Of a stretch of 64,000 bases of DNA, positions 28,294 to 38,004 are shown piece after piece. The translations under genes were made by a program, and so were the position numbers. The notes under the pieces are model-generated. The model saw only the letters and a list, made by a program, of their open reading frames with translations, made no database searches and was not told where the DNA came from. The stretch is from contig JBFWNU010000005.1 of NCBI GenBank assembly GCA_050250895.1, forward strand, positions 9,235 to 73,234. The letters are read 5' to 3'. Origin of the DNA: Vulcanimicrobiota bacterium (GTDB lineage: Bacteria; Vulcanimicrobiota; Xenobia; Xenobiales; JADMJV01). The number at the start of each line of letters is the position of its first letter. Position 1 is the stretch's first letter.

Positions 28294-29373
28294 TTACGGC
28301 GCGAACTTGCCCACCAGAGTATACATGGGCAAGAAGACCGAGATGACGATAAAGCCCACCACCACGGCCACTCCACTCATCAGCAACGGCTCGAGCAGCG
28401 TCGACATCAGCTCGACTCGGTAGCTGACTTGCTCTTCATAGTGGCGGGCTAGAAACCCGAACATATCGGCAACGCGGGCCGATTCTTCGCCCGCGTTGGT
28501 GAGGTGCACGACCGTCCTGGGATAGATGTCGGGGCGAGTGGCGAAATGCTCCGAGAGGCTCTCTCCCTGTTCGACGGCCGAGCGCATGGGGCGCCAATCG
28601 TGGGCCACCAGGGGGCTGCCGCTGGCCTCGCTGGCCAGGCGCAGACCGGTGAGAAAATCGGTACCCGATTCGAGCATGGCCGCGGCTGCGGCCGTGAAGC
28701 GCGCCATGGCGGTGTCTCGCATCAACCCTCCCACCACCGGCACGAACAGGGCCAACCGATAGCACTCGCGGCGCACCTCTGGTGATTCGAAGTAGCCTCG
28801 CCCGAGCAACAAGACGGCCAGCAAGAAGAGACTCGCCACCGTCCAGGCCCCGGGGCTGGTGATGACGCTGGTGATCAAGACCAGCAGGCGGGTGGGCAGT
28901 GGCAGTTCGGCTCCCAGGTCGTCGAACATGTCGATGAAACTCGGCACCACGCTGACGAAGAGCAGCAGGGTGAGAAAGGCGGTCAGACTCAGGGCGAAAG
29001 CGGGATAGGTCAGGGCCGACTTGAGTTGGCGCCGGAGGTGATCGTCTTTTTCCATCCAGCCACACAGCTGGTCGAGTTGACGCACCAGTTGGCCGTTGGT
29101 CTCGCCCATGGCCACCATGCTCACGGCCAGTGAGGGGAACACCCTGGGAAAGCCGGCCATGGCGGAAGAGAGTCGATGGCCCGACGAGACCCTGGTTTGC
29201 AGCTCGGCCACCACCAGCACCAGGGTTTCGTCGCTGGCGAAGTCGACCACCACCTGGAGAGCGTCCATCAGCGAGATGCCCGAATTGAGCATCGTCGAGA
29301 GCTCGCGGTAGAAACCGATCACCACCTCGGGGCGGCAGCGGGCCCGCTTCTGCCAATAGGCCGGCTGCTCCAT
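28294..29373 (-). CDS. pilC: Type II secretion / type IV pilus platform protein GspF/PilC family, lacking the N-terminal cytoplasmic domain
   Basis: Two T2SSF-like domains (FYRELSTMLNSGISLMDAL ... ; ...FLPMYTLVG). 359 aa versus ~400 typical. Confidence 0.8.
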   Translation of the reverse strand: MEQPAYWQKRARCRPEVVIGFYRELSTMLNSGISLMDALQVVVDFASDETLVLVVAELQTRVSSGHRLSSAMAGFPRVFPSLAVSMVAMGETNGQLVRQLDQLCGWMEKDDHLRRQLKSALTYPAFALSLTAFLTLLLFVSVVPSFIDMFDDLGAELPLPTRLLVLITSVITSPGAWTVASLFLLAVLLLGRGYFESPEVRRECYRLALFVPVVGGLMRDTAMARFTAAAAAMLESGTDFLTGLRLASEASGSPLVAHDWRPMRSAVEQGESLSEHFATRPDIYPRTVVHLTNAGEESARVADMFGFLARHYEEQVSYRVELMSTLLEPLLMSGVAVVVGFIVISVFLPMYTLVGKFAP

Positions 29374-29873
29374 CAGGGTCCGCCCAGGTCCTGGAAGTTG
29401 ATCAGCTGGTAGTAATAGGGATTGGGCTGGGTGTCGTCATCTCGGCGCTGGGCCGAGAGGTCGAACTCGGCCCGGAAGCGACGTTGGGCCACTGGATGAC
29501 CTGGGTCCTGGCCCACCTGGCCCTCGCTATAGATGACCAGAATGCTAAAAGGGGGGTTGCGATAGGTCGAGTCGATAGTGACCGTATAAGAACCCACCCG
29601 GCGCCCGCTCTCGCTCATCTCTTCGCTGTAGCTGAACACGCTCTGGTCGACCTTGATGGGCGGAAAGTGCAGATCACGCTGCAGTTTGAGCAAGGCATCG
29701 GCCAGGCCGGCCTCGGCCAGCCCGCGGGCGGTCAGGGAGCGCTCGGCCAGGCTGGCCCGGCGATACTGCACGGCCCGTTTGCCCAGAAAGGTCAGGCCCA
29801 GAATCAGCAAGACCACGCAGAGCAGCAGGACCGTGACTAACAGAAAGCCGCGCTTCAAGGCTGAAAGACCCAT
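29373..29873 (-). CDS. Pilin-like / minor pseudopilin (atypical N-terminus KRGFLLVTVLL, no Glu5)
   Basis: Hydrophobic N-terminal helix after an RGF motif; ATGA overlap with pilC. Confidence 0.45.
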   Translation of the reverse strand: MGLSALKRGFLLVTVLLLCVVLLILGLTFLGKRAVQYRRASLAERSLTARGLAEAGLADALLKLQRDLHFPPIKVDQSVFSYSEEMSESGRRVGSYTVTIDSTYRNPPFSILVIYSEGQVGQDPGHPVAQRRFRAEFDLSAQRRDDDTQPNPYYYQLINFQDLGGP

Positions 29874-30418
29874 AATCTAGCTTCCGTCGAGAACTCTCGC
29901 AGCAGGTGCTTTTCCTGAAAGCTCACCTTCAGACCCACCCGGTCTTTAGCCAGAAAGGTCGTCTCGAGGCCGCGAATTCCCTCGGATACCTGGCTCTGGG
30001 CGGTCCAGCCCGGGCCACTCACCGTGCGCATCAGGCCCTGTCCCCCGACCTGATAAGTGACCGTCACCAACTGCCCCGCCGGCCGAGGGTCCCAGCTGGT
30101 GAATCCAGCCGGGCTGGGGGGCAGTCGAATCGCGGCCGGGTCCAGTCGCTCGAAACCGAGCACGTTGCTCGTACCCGCCGAGGGCGTGATCAGGCGGATG
30201 GCCGAGCCGAGTTCGGAACGCATCTGCTCGAGGCCGGTCTGCACTCCGTTGAGGGTCTGCTCTTTGCTGGCCGCCAGTCGGGTGGCCTCGGAGTATTCCC
30301 GCACCAGCACACCCACCATGCCCAGCACCATAAAGACCAGCACCATGGCCAGCATCGCCTCGGGCAACGAAAAGCCGCGTCTCACGGCGAAAGCTGCATC
30401 TCCACGGAATATCCCCAC
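29855..30418 (-). CDS. Prepilin-type N-terminal cleavage/methylation domain pseudopilin
   Basis: RRGFSLPEAMLAMVLVFMVL; the true start is probably an alternative codon just upstream of this motif. Confidence 0.6.
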   Translation of the reverse strand: MGIFRGDAAFAVRRGFSLPEAMLAMVLVFMVLGMVGVLVREYSEATRLAASKEQTLNGVQTGLEQMRSELGSAIRLITPSAGTSNVLGFERLDPAAIRLPPSPAGFTSWDPRPAGQLVTVTYQVGGQGLMRTVSGPGWTAQSQVSEGIRGLETTFLAKDRVGLKVSFQEKHLLREFSTEARLWVFQP

Positions 30419-31149
30419 CGCTCCTGCCCTCCGTAGCGGGCGCGGGCGGCCACCCGGCAGGTGCCGCTGGTGGCGACCTTGACACCGTTCGGCTTCTGCA
30501 GTTCATTGGTGAAAGTCGCGCTGCGACCGTCGCGGGTGGGCTCGATGGTTCCTTTGGTGGCGTTGGGAAAGACCGGTTCGACATACCAGTCGAAGAACAG
30601 ATCTTTAATCTCGCGACCGTCGGCGTCGTAGCCGACCGCCGTGAAGGTGACCGGATTGGTCGGGTTGACGATAGGTGGGACGCTGCCGCTGACCACGATG
30701 GGATTGCTCACTCGCCAGCCGCGGAAGCGATCGGTCAAAAGCGTGCTCAGCACGTAGCGCCCCGTGCTGTCCCAGCGCACTTCGATGATAGCCTGTTTGG
30801 CCGTGTTGCTCATCCGCCTGGGTTGAGCTGGATGAGCCAGTTCGAGTTCGCTGCCCGGGGCGAAGAGAGGCTGGTCTTGCAGGCTCACGCTGATGGAATA
30901 GCCGGGAAAGTCAGGGTCGTTTCCGCTGGGAAAGCCGCTCCAGTCGTTCTGGGTGCGGGCCCATTCCCGCAGGGCTCCCAGCCTATTCTCGGCCAACTGG
31001 GTGGCTACCACGCGCTTTTCCACCCGGGTGGTGTAGCGCAGGCCGGCCTGAAACAGGGTCGACACCATGAAGAAGGCAGCTACCAGCACGAACGAGGCGA
31101 TAATCGCCTCGATCAAGGTGTAGCCTTTGGGCTTCAAGGGCCCCACCAC
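30382..31149 (-). CDS. Pseudopilin (prepilin N-terminus KGYTLIEAIIA)
   Basis: Classical G-(F/Y)-TLIE motif followed by a hydrophobic helix. Confidence 0.65.
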   Translation of the reverse strand: MVGPLKPKGYTLIEAIIASFVLVAAFFMVSTLFQAGLRYTTRVEKRVVATQLAENRLGALREWARTQNDWSGFPSGNDPDFPGYSISVSLQDQPLFAPGSELELAHPAQPRRMSNTAKQAIIEVRWDSTGRYVLSTLLTDRFRGWRVSNPIVVSGSVPPIVNPTNPVTFTAVGYDADGREIKDLFFDWYVEPVFPNATKGTIEPTRDGRSATFTNELQKPNGVKVATSGTCRVAARARYGGQERWGYSVEMQLSP

Positions 31150-33203
31150 GACGGTGGGCCATAGACCGAGACCCTGGCGGAGTCTATTCTGGACTCGCTG
31201 CCGGCCAGGTTGACCCGCTTGAGTGTTTCAAGCGAATAGCTATCGAAAACGATCTCGTCGCTGTCGGGACTCCAGCAAAAGTCCTCGATCTCGGCCCCGG
31301 CCGTGAGCCTGGCCACTGCCTTGCCCGGCCCTGTGGGATTGTCGCCGTTGGCTCGGGTGTAGTAGAGGTCTTCGTTGTCATAGTCAGTGAAGGCAATAAA
31401 GCTGCCATCGGGAGAAAAGCGCGGGTAGGCAGCCTCGAGAGTTGACGGAGTGAGGGGAGTAGCCGGCGGCAGACCGGTGATGGTGGCGGGCACGTCGATG
31501 ATATGCACCACCCCGTCGCGAGTGAAAAGCACCTGATCGCCATTGGGGGACCAGGTGGGATATTCGTCGGCGCTCGAAGCCGGGGAGGCCGGCGGTTGGC
31601 TGAGCTGGGCAAAGCCCGTGCCATCGGGTCTGACTCTGCAGATGAAGGACTTTCCGCTGGCCGGCGAGCGGGTGAAGACGATCCAGTTGCCGGCCGGACT
31701 CCACTGGGGGCCATAGTCGTCATGGCCGGCCGGAGGGGTGAGGACCAGGCTGGGGGTGGCCGAGCCGTCGGCACGCACTTGATGAATGGCGGTCGAGCCG
31801 GCCGGAATCTCCATGGCGAAGGTCAGGCGGGTGCTGTCGGGCGACCAGCTGGGCCGGGCCTCGTAGTCGAGGTAGGTGCCCAAATCGACCAGTTTGCGCA
31901 AGCCGCTGCCGTCGTTATTCACCGCCCACACGATCTCGTCGTAGTCGTCGTAAAAGGCGACCTGGCCGCCGTCAGGCGAAAAGCACGCATAGTCGTGGGC
32001 GTGGCCGTCGCCGGGCACCGAAACCACCACCAGGCCGGTGCCGTCGCTATTGCAGATATAGATCTCGGATTCTTCGTCATCGTCGTTGGGATCCCAACCC
32101 GAGAAAGCGATGCGGTGCTTGCGGATGGTCTGGACAACCCCGTTGCTGCCCACCTGGCGGGTGTCTTCCAGGCCGGCCGGGTCACTCACGTGGCAGGTCA
32201 GGGTATAGGTGTCGCCCTGGTTGCTACCCCCCGGCGGGGTCCAGGTCCAGGTTCCCTTCCAGCCCTGACCGGGCATCCACTCCAAAGCGTTGGGCGAGGC
32301 CGCCGAGAAGCGTCCTCCTGTGCCGGTCCAGCGCACGCTCAGGGGATCTCCATCGGGATCGTTGGCGACCACCGTCAAAGTGAGATAACCGTCGCGGGTG
32401 ATCAGCGAACTGACGCCCGAGGGCAAGGCCAGCGGCTCGGGCTCGACCACCACGTCGACAATAGCCGGGGCCGAGTTGCCTCCTGCGGGCAGCGGTCGCG
32501 CCGGGGGAACAGCCGGCATGGCCAACCGCGGAGATTGGGGCACCACCAGACCGGCCGCGCCGGGACGCACCTCGACCTTGCCGGTGGCGCTGATGTGGAT
32601 CGAGTAAGGCTGGCTGAGCGCCGTCGGCGCGAAATAGCGCAAGCTGGTGGGCAAGCTGCCGCCCGGGTCGGCGGTGGGGCTGTACTCCACCCCGTGCGAA
32701 CTCAGCAGAATGAACGCATCGCCGAAGAAAGGAAGTCCATTGCTGGTGGCCTCGCCTGAGGGGGTGAAGATGACCGCGTAGTCTTCAGGCGCCGGTGGGC
32801 TCCACAGGCTGGGGTCAAAGCTGCCCAGATTGGAGCCTGTCCCGGCCTGATCCCGGCTGGCCGCGCCCCAGACTCCGACGAAGACACAAGCATCGGGATA
32901 GTGGTTCTGAAACTGAACCGAGCGCACCACCCGGGGCGCTTCGGGTCCTTCCAGCAGATAGAGCGATTGACTATGAGCGGCCGCGCCAGCATTACTGGGA
33001 AAGGCCACCGCCACGGGGGTCTGGCGGCTAATGGCTTGCTGCCGAGCAGCGCGCAACTCTTCGGCCACCTCCTCGGCCAGGCCCCGCGTCTGGGCCGTGG
33101 CCCGACTGCTGCGCAAGCTCATTAGCCCGAAGCTGGCCGTCAGGGCTACCAGCAGCATGGCCAGAGCCAACTCCAAAAGACTGAATCCGCGTCGGGCCCT
33201 CAT
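31134..33203 (-). CDS. Large pseudopilin fused to a TolB-like PD40 beta-propeller domain
   Basis: N-terminus RRGFSLLELALAMLLV, then repeated PD40-like blades (FSPDGGQVAF, SWSPDSTRLTF, WSPAGNWIVF, WSPNGDQVLF, FSPDGSFIAF). 689 aa. Confidence 0.65.
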   Translation of the reverse strand: MRARRGFSLLELALAMLLVALTASFGLMSLRSSRATAQTRGLAEEVAEELRAARQQAISRQTPVAVAFPSNAGAAAHSQSLYLLEGPEAPRVVRSVQFQNHYPDACVFVGVWGAASRDQAGTGSNLGSFDPSLWSPPAPEDYAVIFTPSGEATSNGLPFFGDAFILLSSHGVEYSPTADPGGSLPTSLRYFAPTALSQPYSIHISATGKVEVRPGAAGLVVPQSPRLAMPAVPPARPLPAGGNSAPAIVDVVVEPEPLALPSGVSSLITRDGYLTLTVVANDPDGDPLSVRWTGTGGRFSAASPNALEWMPGQGWKGTWTWTPPGGSNQGDTYTLTCHVSDPAGLEDTRQVGSNGVVQTIRKHRIAFSGWDPNDDDEESEIYICNSDGTGLVVVSVPGDGHAHDYACFSPDGGQVAFYDDYDEIVWAVNNDGSGLRKLVDLGTYLDYEARPSWSPDSTRLTFAMEIPAGSTAIHQVRADGSATPSLVLTPPAGHDDYGPQWSPAGNWIVFTRSPASGKSFICRVRPDGTGFAQLSQPPASPASSADEYPTWSPNGDQVLFTRDGVVHIIDVPATITGLPPATPLTPSTLEAAYPRFSPDGSFIAFTDYDNEDLYYTRANGDNPTGPGKAVARLTAGAEIEDFCWSPDSDEIVFDSYSLETLKRVNLAGSESRIDSARVSVYGPPSWWGP

Positions 33204-33973
33204 CGGTGCCGCCTTCTACGATCGTGTCGCTTGGGTTGGTGGCGGTCGTGGCGCGGCCGCGCACTGGTGGTTGCCGCTGAGTAGGCTGGCTCGTAGTGCC
33301 GCGGTCGGTTGCGCGAGCCCTGTTCGGGCGGAGGGTCGACGTCGAGGGGTTGGCCCACAGCCTGGGTTGGCGCGGCCTGGACCAACTGGTTGGACCGCAC
33401 TCGCCAGCGCTTGGGGCCAAGGCTTAGCTCGAGGTGATAGCGCCCGGCCGGCCGGTGGGTGGCCACCTCCACGGGAACTTCGAAGGTTCCCGTCTGGGGG
33501 TCGACCTCGGCCGCCACTTCGTAGGGCAGCTCGGGAAACACGACATGCACCTGCAGATCCGCCTGAGGCTTTTCGACCCGGCCCACCACCACCGTCTTGA
33601 GTTCGTCGGGTGGAGCAACGACCGGTTTGGGCTCACTACCACTGGTCAGCCAACGCAAGATTGACACCAGGCAGACCAGGCCCACCATGGCCGTGGCCAG
33701 CTTGTAGGAGTCGGGCATGGGTCCGCGAGGCCGTGGCAAGACCCTGGGTGGGGTAGGTGCAGGTGAGGGAGCGGCCGCGATGGCGTCGAGGGGTGACTTG
33801 GAAATCTGCTCGATGGTGAACTTACGCGAGCGCAGGGCCGTCTCGGCGGATGCCAAACTGGAGGCTTCAATAGCCCCTCTACGTTGCCGTCCCTGGCTAT
33901 CGCGCACCAAATAGTAGAATCGCAATGGGTGCCCCTGCCTTTTCAGGATACCACGCGAAACCTCTACCAGCAA
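33200..33973 (-). CDS. Protein with PilC/GspF N-terminal-like cytoplasmic domain, one TM segment and Pro-rich periplasmic region
   Basis: LRFYYLVRDSQGRQRRGAIEASSLASAETALRSRKFTIEQI resembles the PilC N-domain consensus (FxYxAxDxxGxxxxGxxxAxSxxxAxxxLxxxGxxxxxI). Confidence 0.5.
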   Translation of the reverse strand: MLVEVSRGILKRQGHPLRFYYLVRDSQGRQRRGAIEASSLASAETALRSRKFTIEQISKSPLDAIAAAPSPAPTPPRVLPRPRGPMPDSYKLATAMVGLVCLVSILRWLTSGSEPKPVVAPPDELKTVVVGRVEKPQADLQVHVVFPELPYEVAAEVDPQTGTFEVPVEVATHRPAGRYHLELSLGPKRWRVRSNQLVQAAPTQAVGQPLDVDPPPEQGSRNRPRHYEPAYSAATTSARPRHDRHQPKRHDRRRRHR

Positions 33974-33976
33974 ACG

Positions 33977-34510
33977 CTAGCCGGCGTACTTCAGTCGTTC
34001 GCCCACCAGCTCCAGGCTATGGAGCAGCAGGTTGTTGCCCTGGCGCAGCTGGTCGAACGCCCCCACGAGCCGGTCGAGTTCCTCGGACTCGGAGTCGAAA
34101 AACTCGCGGAATCCGCCGCACCCTCGATCGTAGTGGGTCAGCCCTCGGGCCAGCATGCTGGCCACCCGGCTGTGAAAGTCGTCATCCAACCCCTGGCGCT
34201 CGAGGCTGTCGAGCAGGCTCAACATCTCGGGCACGGTAGAGTCTTCAAACTCGACCAGTCGCTCGCTCATCATCTGAGCGTGCTCATGCAACTCTTCAAA
34301 GGCGTCCTCGCCGTCGAGACAGGCATCCACCAGAGTGGCGAGCTCGGTGATATACTCTGTTTCGTAATTGACCCTCGGGGCGGGAAAGTCTCCGCCCGAC
34401 AGACTGGCCATCAGGTGACCGTCCCGCGGAAGGTTCAAGAGATAGTGGTCACAGTGGGGACAGTAGCGCAGCCCGGGGGTGGTGGCACAGCATAGAACGC
34501 AATACTTCAA
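33977..34510 (-). CDS. Hypothetical protein with N-terminal zinc ribbon (CVLCC...CPHC) and acidic helical domain
   Basis: TTG start; 4-nt overlap with the glpD stop. Confidence 0.5.
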   Translation of the reverse strand: MKYCVLCCATTPGLRYCPHCDHYLLNLPRDGHLMASLSGGDFPAPRVNYETEYITELATLVDACLDGEDAFEELHEHAQMMSERLVEFEDSTVPEMLSLLDSLERQGLDDDFHSRVASMLARGLTHYDRGCGGFREFFDSESEELDRLVGAFDQLRQGNNLLLHSLELVGERLKYAG

Positions 34511-36471
34511 GCCAGATTATTTCGGGCATAAAACGCCTGGGCCTGCTCCAGCTCTTTGGCCTTCTGCTGGTCGCTCCAGCCGAGCGTCTCGGCCATCAGG
34601 TCGACGGTGCGCGGTAGAGCCCTCACGGTGGCCTTCTCGTCGATAAATGACAGGCGAGTGCGGCGCGAGAGCACGTCCACGGCCGTGGTGGCGTACTCGT
34701 GCTTGCAGGCGTAGACCACTTCGGCTTCGAGATAGGGATGCGTCGGAGCCAGCCGCTCGCCCAGTCCGTCCTTGGCCAGGTCGGCTACGGCCAGGGCCCG
34801 GTCCCCGTAATTGTGAGCCAGGTGGTCGGCCACGTCATGGGGCAGCCCATAGCTTTGCTCCAGTTGACCCGTCAGTGATTCCGAGAAGCCATGGGCACCG
34901 ATCAACTTGGCGCTGGCCCGCTGCGAAGGCTGGGCCTCGAGATGGCCGTGCTCGACCGCTTCCTGGACCACTTCTTCGCCCATCCGTCCAAAGCTGGTCC
35001 ACTTGCCGCCGCCGATGGTGATCAGGCCTGAATCCGACACGTCGATGATATGCTTGCGCGAAATCGACGCGGTGGCGCCCGGCTTGACCTTCTCGTGGGG
35101 GTCGCGCACCAGGGGACGGATGCCCGTCCACACCGAGGTGACGTCGCTGCGGCCGATCTGTTGCTCGGGGTCGAGGTAGCCGTTGGCCAGGTCGATGAGA
35201 TACTTGACGTGCTCTTCGCTGGTGCGGGGCTCGGTGGTGATTTCGGTCTTCTCTTCGGTGGTGCCGATGAGGGTGCCGCCTTCGAAAGGCTTGAAGAAAG
35301 CCACGCTGCCGTTGGGAGCCTCGGGAACCAACAGACCTTCGCGCATCTTGAGCTTGTCGACGAACACGTGGGTGCCGGCACTGGGCACTACCAGTTCCGG
35401 CGTCTGTGGATCGTCCATCTTGCGAATGCCGTCGATGAAGGGGCCGGTGGCGTTGATCACCGTCTTGGCCCGCACCGTGAAGGTCTCGTCGCTGCGGGTG
35501 TCCTGCACGCGGGCGCCGACGACCTTGCCATCCTCTTTGACCAGGTCCAACACCTTGACGTAGTTGGCCACGGCGGCCCCGTGGGCCGCAGCCGTGGTGG
35601 CCAGGCCGACATTCATGCGCGAGTCGTTGAACTGTCCATCCGAGTAGGCCACCCCGCCGCGCAGACCCTCCGACTTGACCTCGGGCAGCCGCTCTTTGAC
35701 GGCGCTGGCCGAGAGCATTTTGGTGGCTTCGAGCCCGGCCTGTCCGGCGATGCGGTCATACAGCCAAAGGCCGGCGTAAAAGTAGGGCAACTCGGCGTAA
35801 GAGTAGACCGGGGTGATCAGGCGAATCTCGTCGGTCAGATGAGGAGCCATTTCCAGGAACGCTTTGCGCTCGTGCAGGCCTTCTTTGACCAGGCCGTATT
35901 GCTCGGCGTCGAGCTTCTTGACCGCCTTCTCCAGATAGCGAACCCCGCCGTGAATCAGCTTGGTGCTCTTGCTGGAGGTTCCCGAGGCGAAGTCGCCGGC
36001 TTCGACACAGGCAACCTTTAGCCCACGACGGGCCGCCTCGAGGGTGGCCCCGGCGCCGGTGGCCCCGCCGCCGATGACCAGTACGTCGAACTCTTCGCCG
36101 GACTTGAGGCGGTCGAGTTGCTCGGTGCGGGTGGGAACGACCCAGTTCTGCTCGGGCATCTGACGAATTTCGTCGAGACTAAATTGCTTGGGGGCTGGGG
36201 GAGCCGCGGGGGCAGTGGCGGCTGCGATGGCCGCGCCCGCGATTGCTCCTACTGCGGCTGCTCCCACCTGGCCTACCCAGCCGAGCTGTGAAAGCAAGGC
36301 GCTGGCGGCCAATCCGGTGGCCCCACCAAGGGTAGCTCCGGTGAGCAGCCGAGGGGTGCTGGGACGACTGCCCAGGCTGACCTGGTCGGTCGGCTGAGTG
36401 GCTGGCTGGCTGCTGGCCGCGGCCGGTCGGTAGGTGGGAACCTGGCTATTGAGAAGAGCTTGGACTTTCAC
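34507..36471 (-). CDS. glpD: FAD-dependent glycerol-3-phosphate dehydrogenase (GlpD / mitochondrial GPD2-like) with low-complexity N-terminal extension
   Basis: FDVLVIGGGATGAG dinucleotide fold, GGKWTSFGRMGEE, DAO C-terminal domain. GTG start 10 nt downstream of the conserved 23-nt element. Confidence 0.85.
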   Translation of the reverse strand: MKVQALLNSQVPTYRPAAASSQPATQPTDQVSLGSRPSTPRLLTGATLGGATGLAASALLSQLGWVGQVGAAAVGAIAGAAIAAATAPAAPPAPKQFSLDEIRQMPEQNWVVPTRTEQLDRLKSGEEFDVLVIGGGATGAGATLEAARRGLKVACVEAGDFASGTSSKSTKLIHGGVRYLEKAVKKLDAEQYGLVKEGLHERKAFLEMAPHLTDEIRLITPVYSYAELPYFYAGLWLYDRIAGQAGLEATKMLSASAVKERLPEVKSEGLRGGVAYSDGQFNDSRMNVGLATTAAAHGAAVANYVKVLDLVKEDGKVVGARVQDTRSDETFTVRAKTVINATGPFIDGIRKMDDPQTPELVVPSAGTHVFVDKLKMREGLLVPEAPNGSVAFFKPFEGGTLIGTTEEKTEITTEPRTSEEHVKYLIDLANGYLDPEQQIGRSDVTSVWTGIRPLVRDPHEKVKPGATASISRKHIIDVSDSGLITIGGGKWTSFGRMGEEVVQEAVEHGHLEAQPSQRASAKLIGAHGFSESLTGQLEQSYGLPHDVADHLAHNYGDRALAVADLAKDGLGERLAPTHPYLEAEVVYACKHEYATTAVDVLSRRTRLSFIDEKATVRALPRTVDLMAETLGWSDQQKAKELEQAQAFYARNNLA

Positions 36472-36577
36472 TTCCCCAGTCTAGCCGGCTGGCCTGAAAA
36501 AAATCTGGACCTACGGCTCCAACACCCGGAGAAAGTCGAAGAGAGCGAAGTCGCGCTGGTTGAAAGTTGCGAGATGA

Positions 36578-36844
36578 TCATCGCTCCAGCATCTCGTCCA
36601 TCAATTCGGCGCGAGTCCAGTCCTGGAGGAGCGGGCCAGATTCGTGGGCCTCCAGAGCCAGCAAAGAGCCCTCGGTTCGGCGACTCTCTCGTAGATAGCG
36701 GGACATTGCCTCACGGATGAGCTCGGCAACCGGGCGACCCAGGCGAGCAGAAAGCGATTTGAACTCTTGGTAATCGCGCTCTCCGACATAGATCGATATG
36801 GGTTTCATATATCGATGGTATCGGTCCAGGACCCTCGATGTCAA
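36578..36844 (-). CDS. Ribbon-helix-helix (CopG/ParD-like) protein, apparently orphan
   Basis: KPISIYVGERDYQEFKSLSARLGRPVAELIREAMSRYL is an RHH fold pattern. No toxin-sized ORF in the 106-nt downstream gap. Confidence 0.5.
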   Translation of the reverse strand: MTSRVLDRYHRYMKPISIYVGERDYQEFKSLSARLGRPVAELIREAMSRYLRESRRTEGSLLALEAHESGPLLQDWTRAELMDEMLER

Positions 36845-38004
36845 CGCGACCGAGCAGAAATCTCCTCGGCCAACCTGGCCAGATAGTCGAGGATGAAGGC
36901 TTCCGACATTCCCACCCCGCCAAACATTGGTTGGGCCGCTTTGGCCAGGCTTTCGTCGAGAGCCTCGGCCTGGCGAGCCACGGTGTCCATGGTCTTGACC
37001 GCGTTGACCGGGTCGACGGCTTTGGGTGAGGCTGTCTCACCGCTGAGCATGGTGGCGCTGGCTCCCGAGCGCACGGCGAAATGCACGTTGGCTACGTCAC
37101 TGCGGGCCGGGCTGGTGGAAAACTCCAGGTTCTCCATCATCTCGGTGGCGTCGATGACCGGCTTGCCGCGCAGTTTGCACAGGTTGATGGTCAGCTCTTC
37201 GAGCACGGCAATTTTGGTCATGTCGGTGTTACTGCCCCAGTCGCCGCGAGGCACCATCACCACGTCGGCCTCGTCGACAATTTCGGAAAGGTTGCGAAGC
37301 CCCGAGATGTCCTCGGGCTTGGCCACGATGATGGGATCGTAACCCAACCGACGAGCCTCTTCGCGCACCAGGCGAAGGTGGCCGGCATCGCGCACGTTGG
37401 AAACCGCCAGCATGTCGGCCTTGACCTCGGCCGCCCAGGCCAGACGCTCCGCGTCATCCTGAGGAAAGAGCGGCAGGTCGAGAGCGGCGCCGGGCACACT
37501 GATGCCGGCCTTCTCGGTGAGGGTGCCCCCGCGGGTCACCTGGCAGACCAGCTGCCCGTCGTTTTTCTCCACCACTTCCATGGCGATCTTGCGGTCTTTG
37601 AGAAACACCGTCTGCCCCGGCTCGAGGTCGGTCAGAATGGCCTGCTGGCTGACTTCGACTCCGTCTCGACCGAGCACGAACTTCTGTCCCTCTTGCAGCT
37701 CGACCGAGCCGCCCGGCAGTTTGCCGATACGCACCCGCGGTCCCGGCAGGTCGGCCAGGATGGCCACCTGCTTGCCGGTTTCCTGGCTGGCCCGCCGGAA
37801 GGTGTCGGCTGCCTGGAGGGTCCACTCGTGGCTGGCGTGGGAAAGGTTGAAGCGAGCCACATCCAACCCCGCCTCGAGCTGGGCCGTCGCCTGGTCATAG
37901 CTATCCGAGTTGGGACCCTGGGTGGCCACAACGCGAGTGCGGGCCTCTCCCGGGGCGGGAGGGTCGAGGAAGAGGTGGCGGGCTCTCTGGGCGGGTGTGA
38001 TCAC
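36841..38004 (-). CDS. pyk: Pyruvate kinase (barrel plus A-domain, short form lacking typical C-terminal domain)
   Basis: TRVVATQGPNSDS, FNLSHASHE, LADLPGPRVRIG, MLSGETASPKAV motifs. GTG start 10 nt downstream of the conserved 23-nt element. Confidence 0.8.
   Translation of the reverse strand: MITPAQRARHLFLDPPAPGEARTRVVATQGPNSDSYDQATAQLEAGLDVARFNLSHASHEWTLQAADTFRRASQETGKQVAILADLPGPRVRIGKLPGGSVELQEGQKFVLGRDGVEVSQQAILTDLEPGQTVFLKDRKIAMEVVEKNDGQLVCQVTRGGTLTEKAGISVPGAALDLPLFPQDDAERLAWAAEVKADMLAVSNVRDAGHLRLVREEARRLGYDPIIVAKPEDISGLRNLSEIVDEADVVMVPRGDWGSNTDMTKIAVLEELTINLCKLRGKPVIDATEMMENLEFSTSPARSDVANVHFAVRSGASATMLSGETASPKAVDPVNAVKTMDTVARQAEALDESLAKAAQPMFGGVGMSEAFILDYLARLAEEISARSR

Noticed and set aside
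31503-32759. 418-aa plus-strand ORF
   Set aside because: Antisense to the propeller-pseudopilin gene.
35050-36021. 323-aa plus-strand ORF inside glpD
   Set aside because: Antisense to GlpD, which has unambiguous FAD-dehydrogenase motifs.
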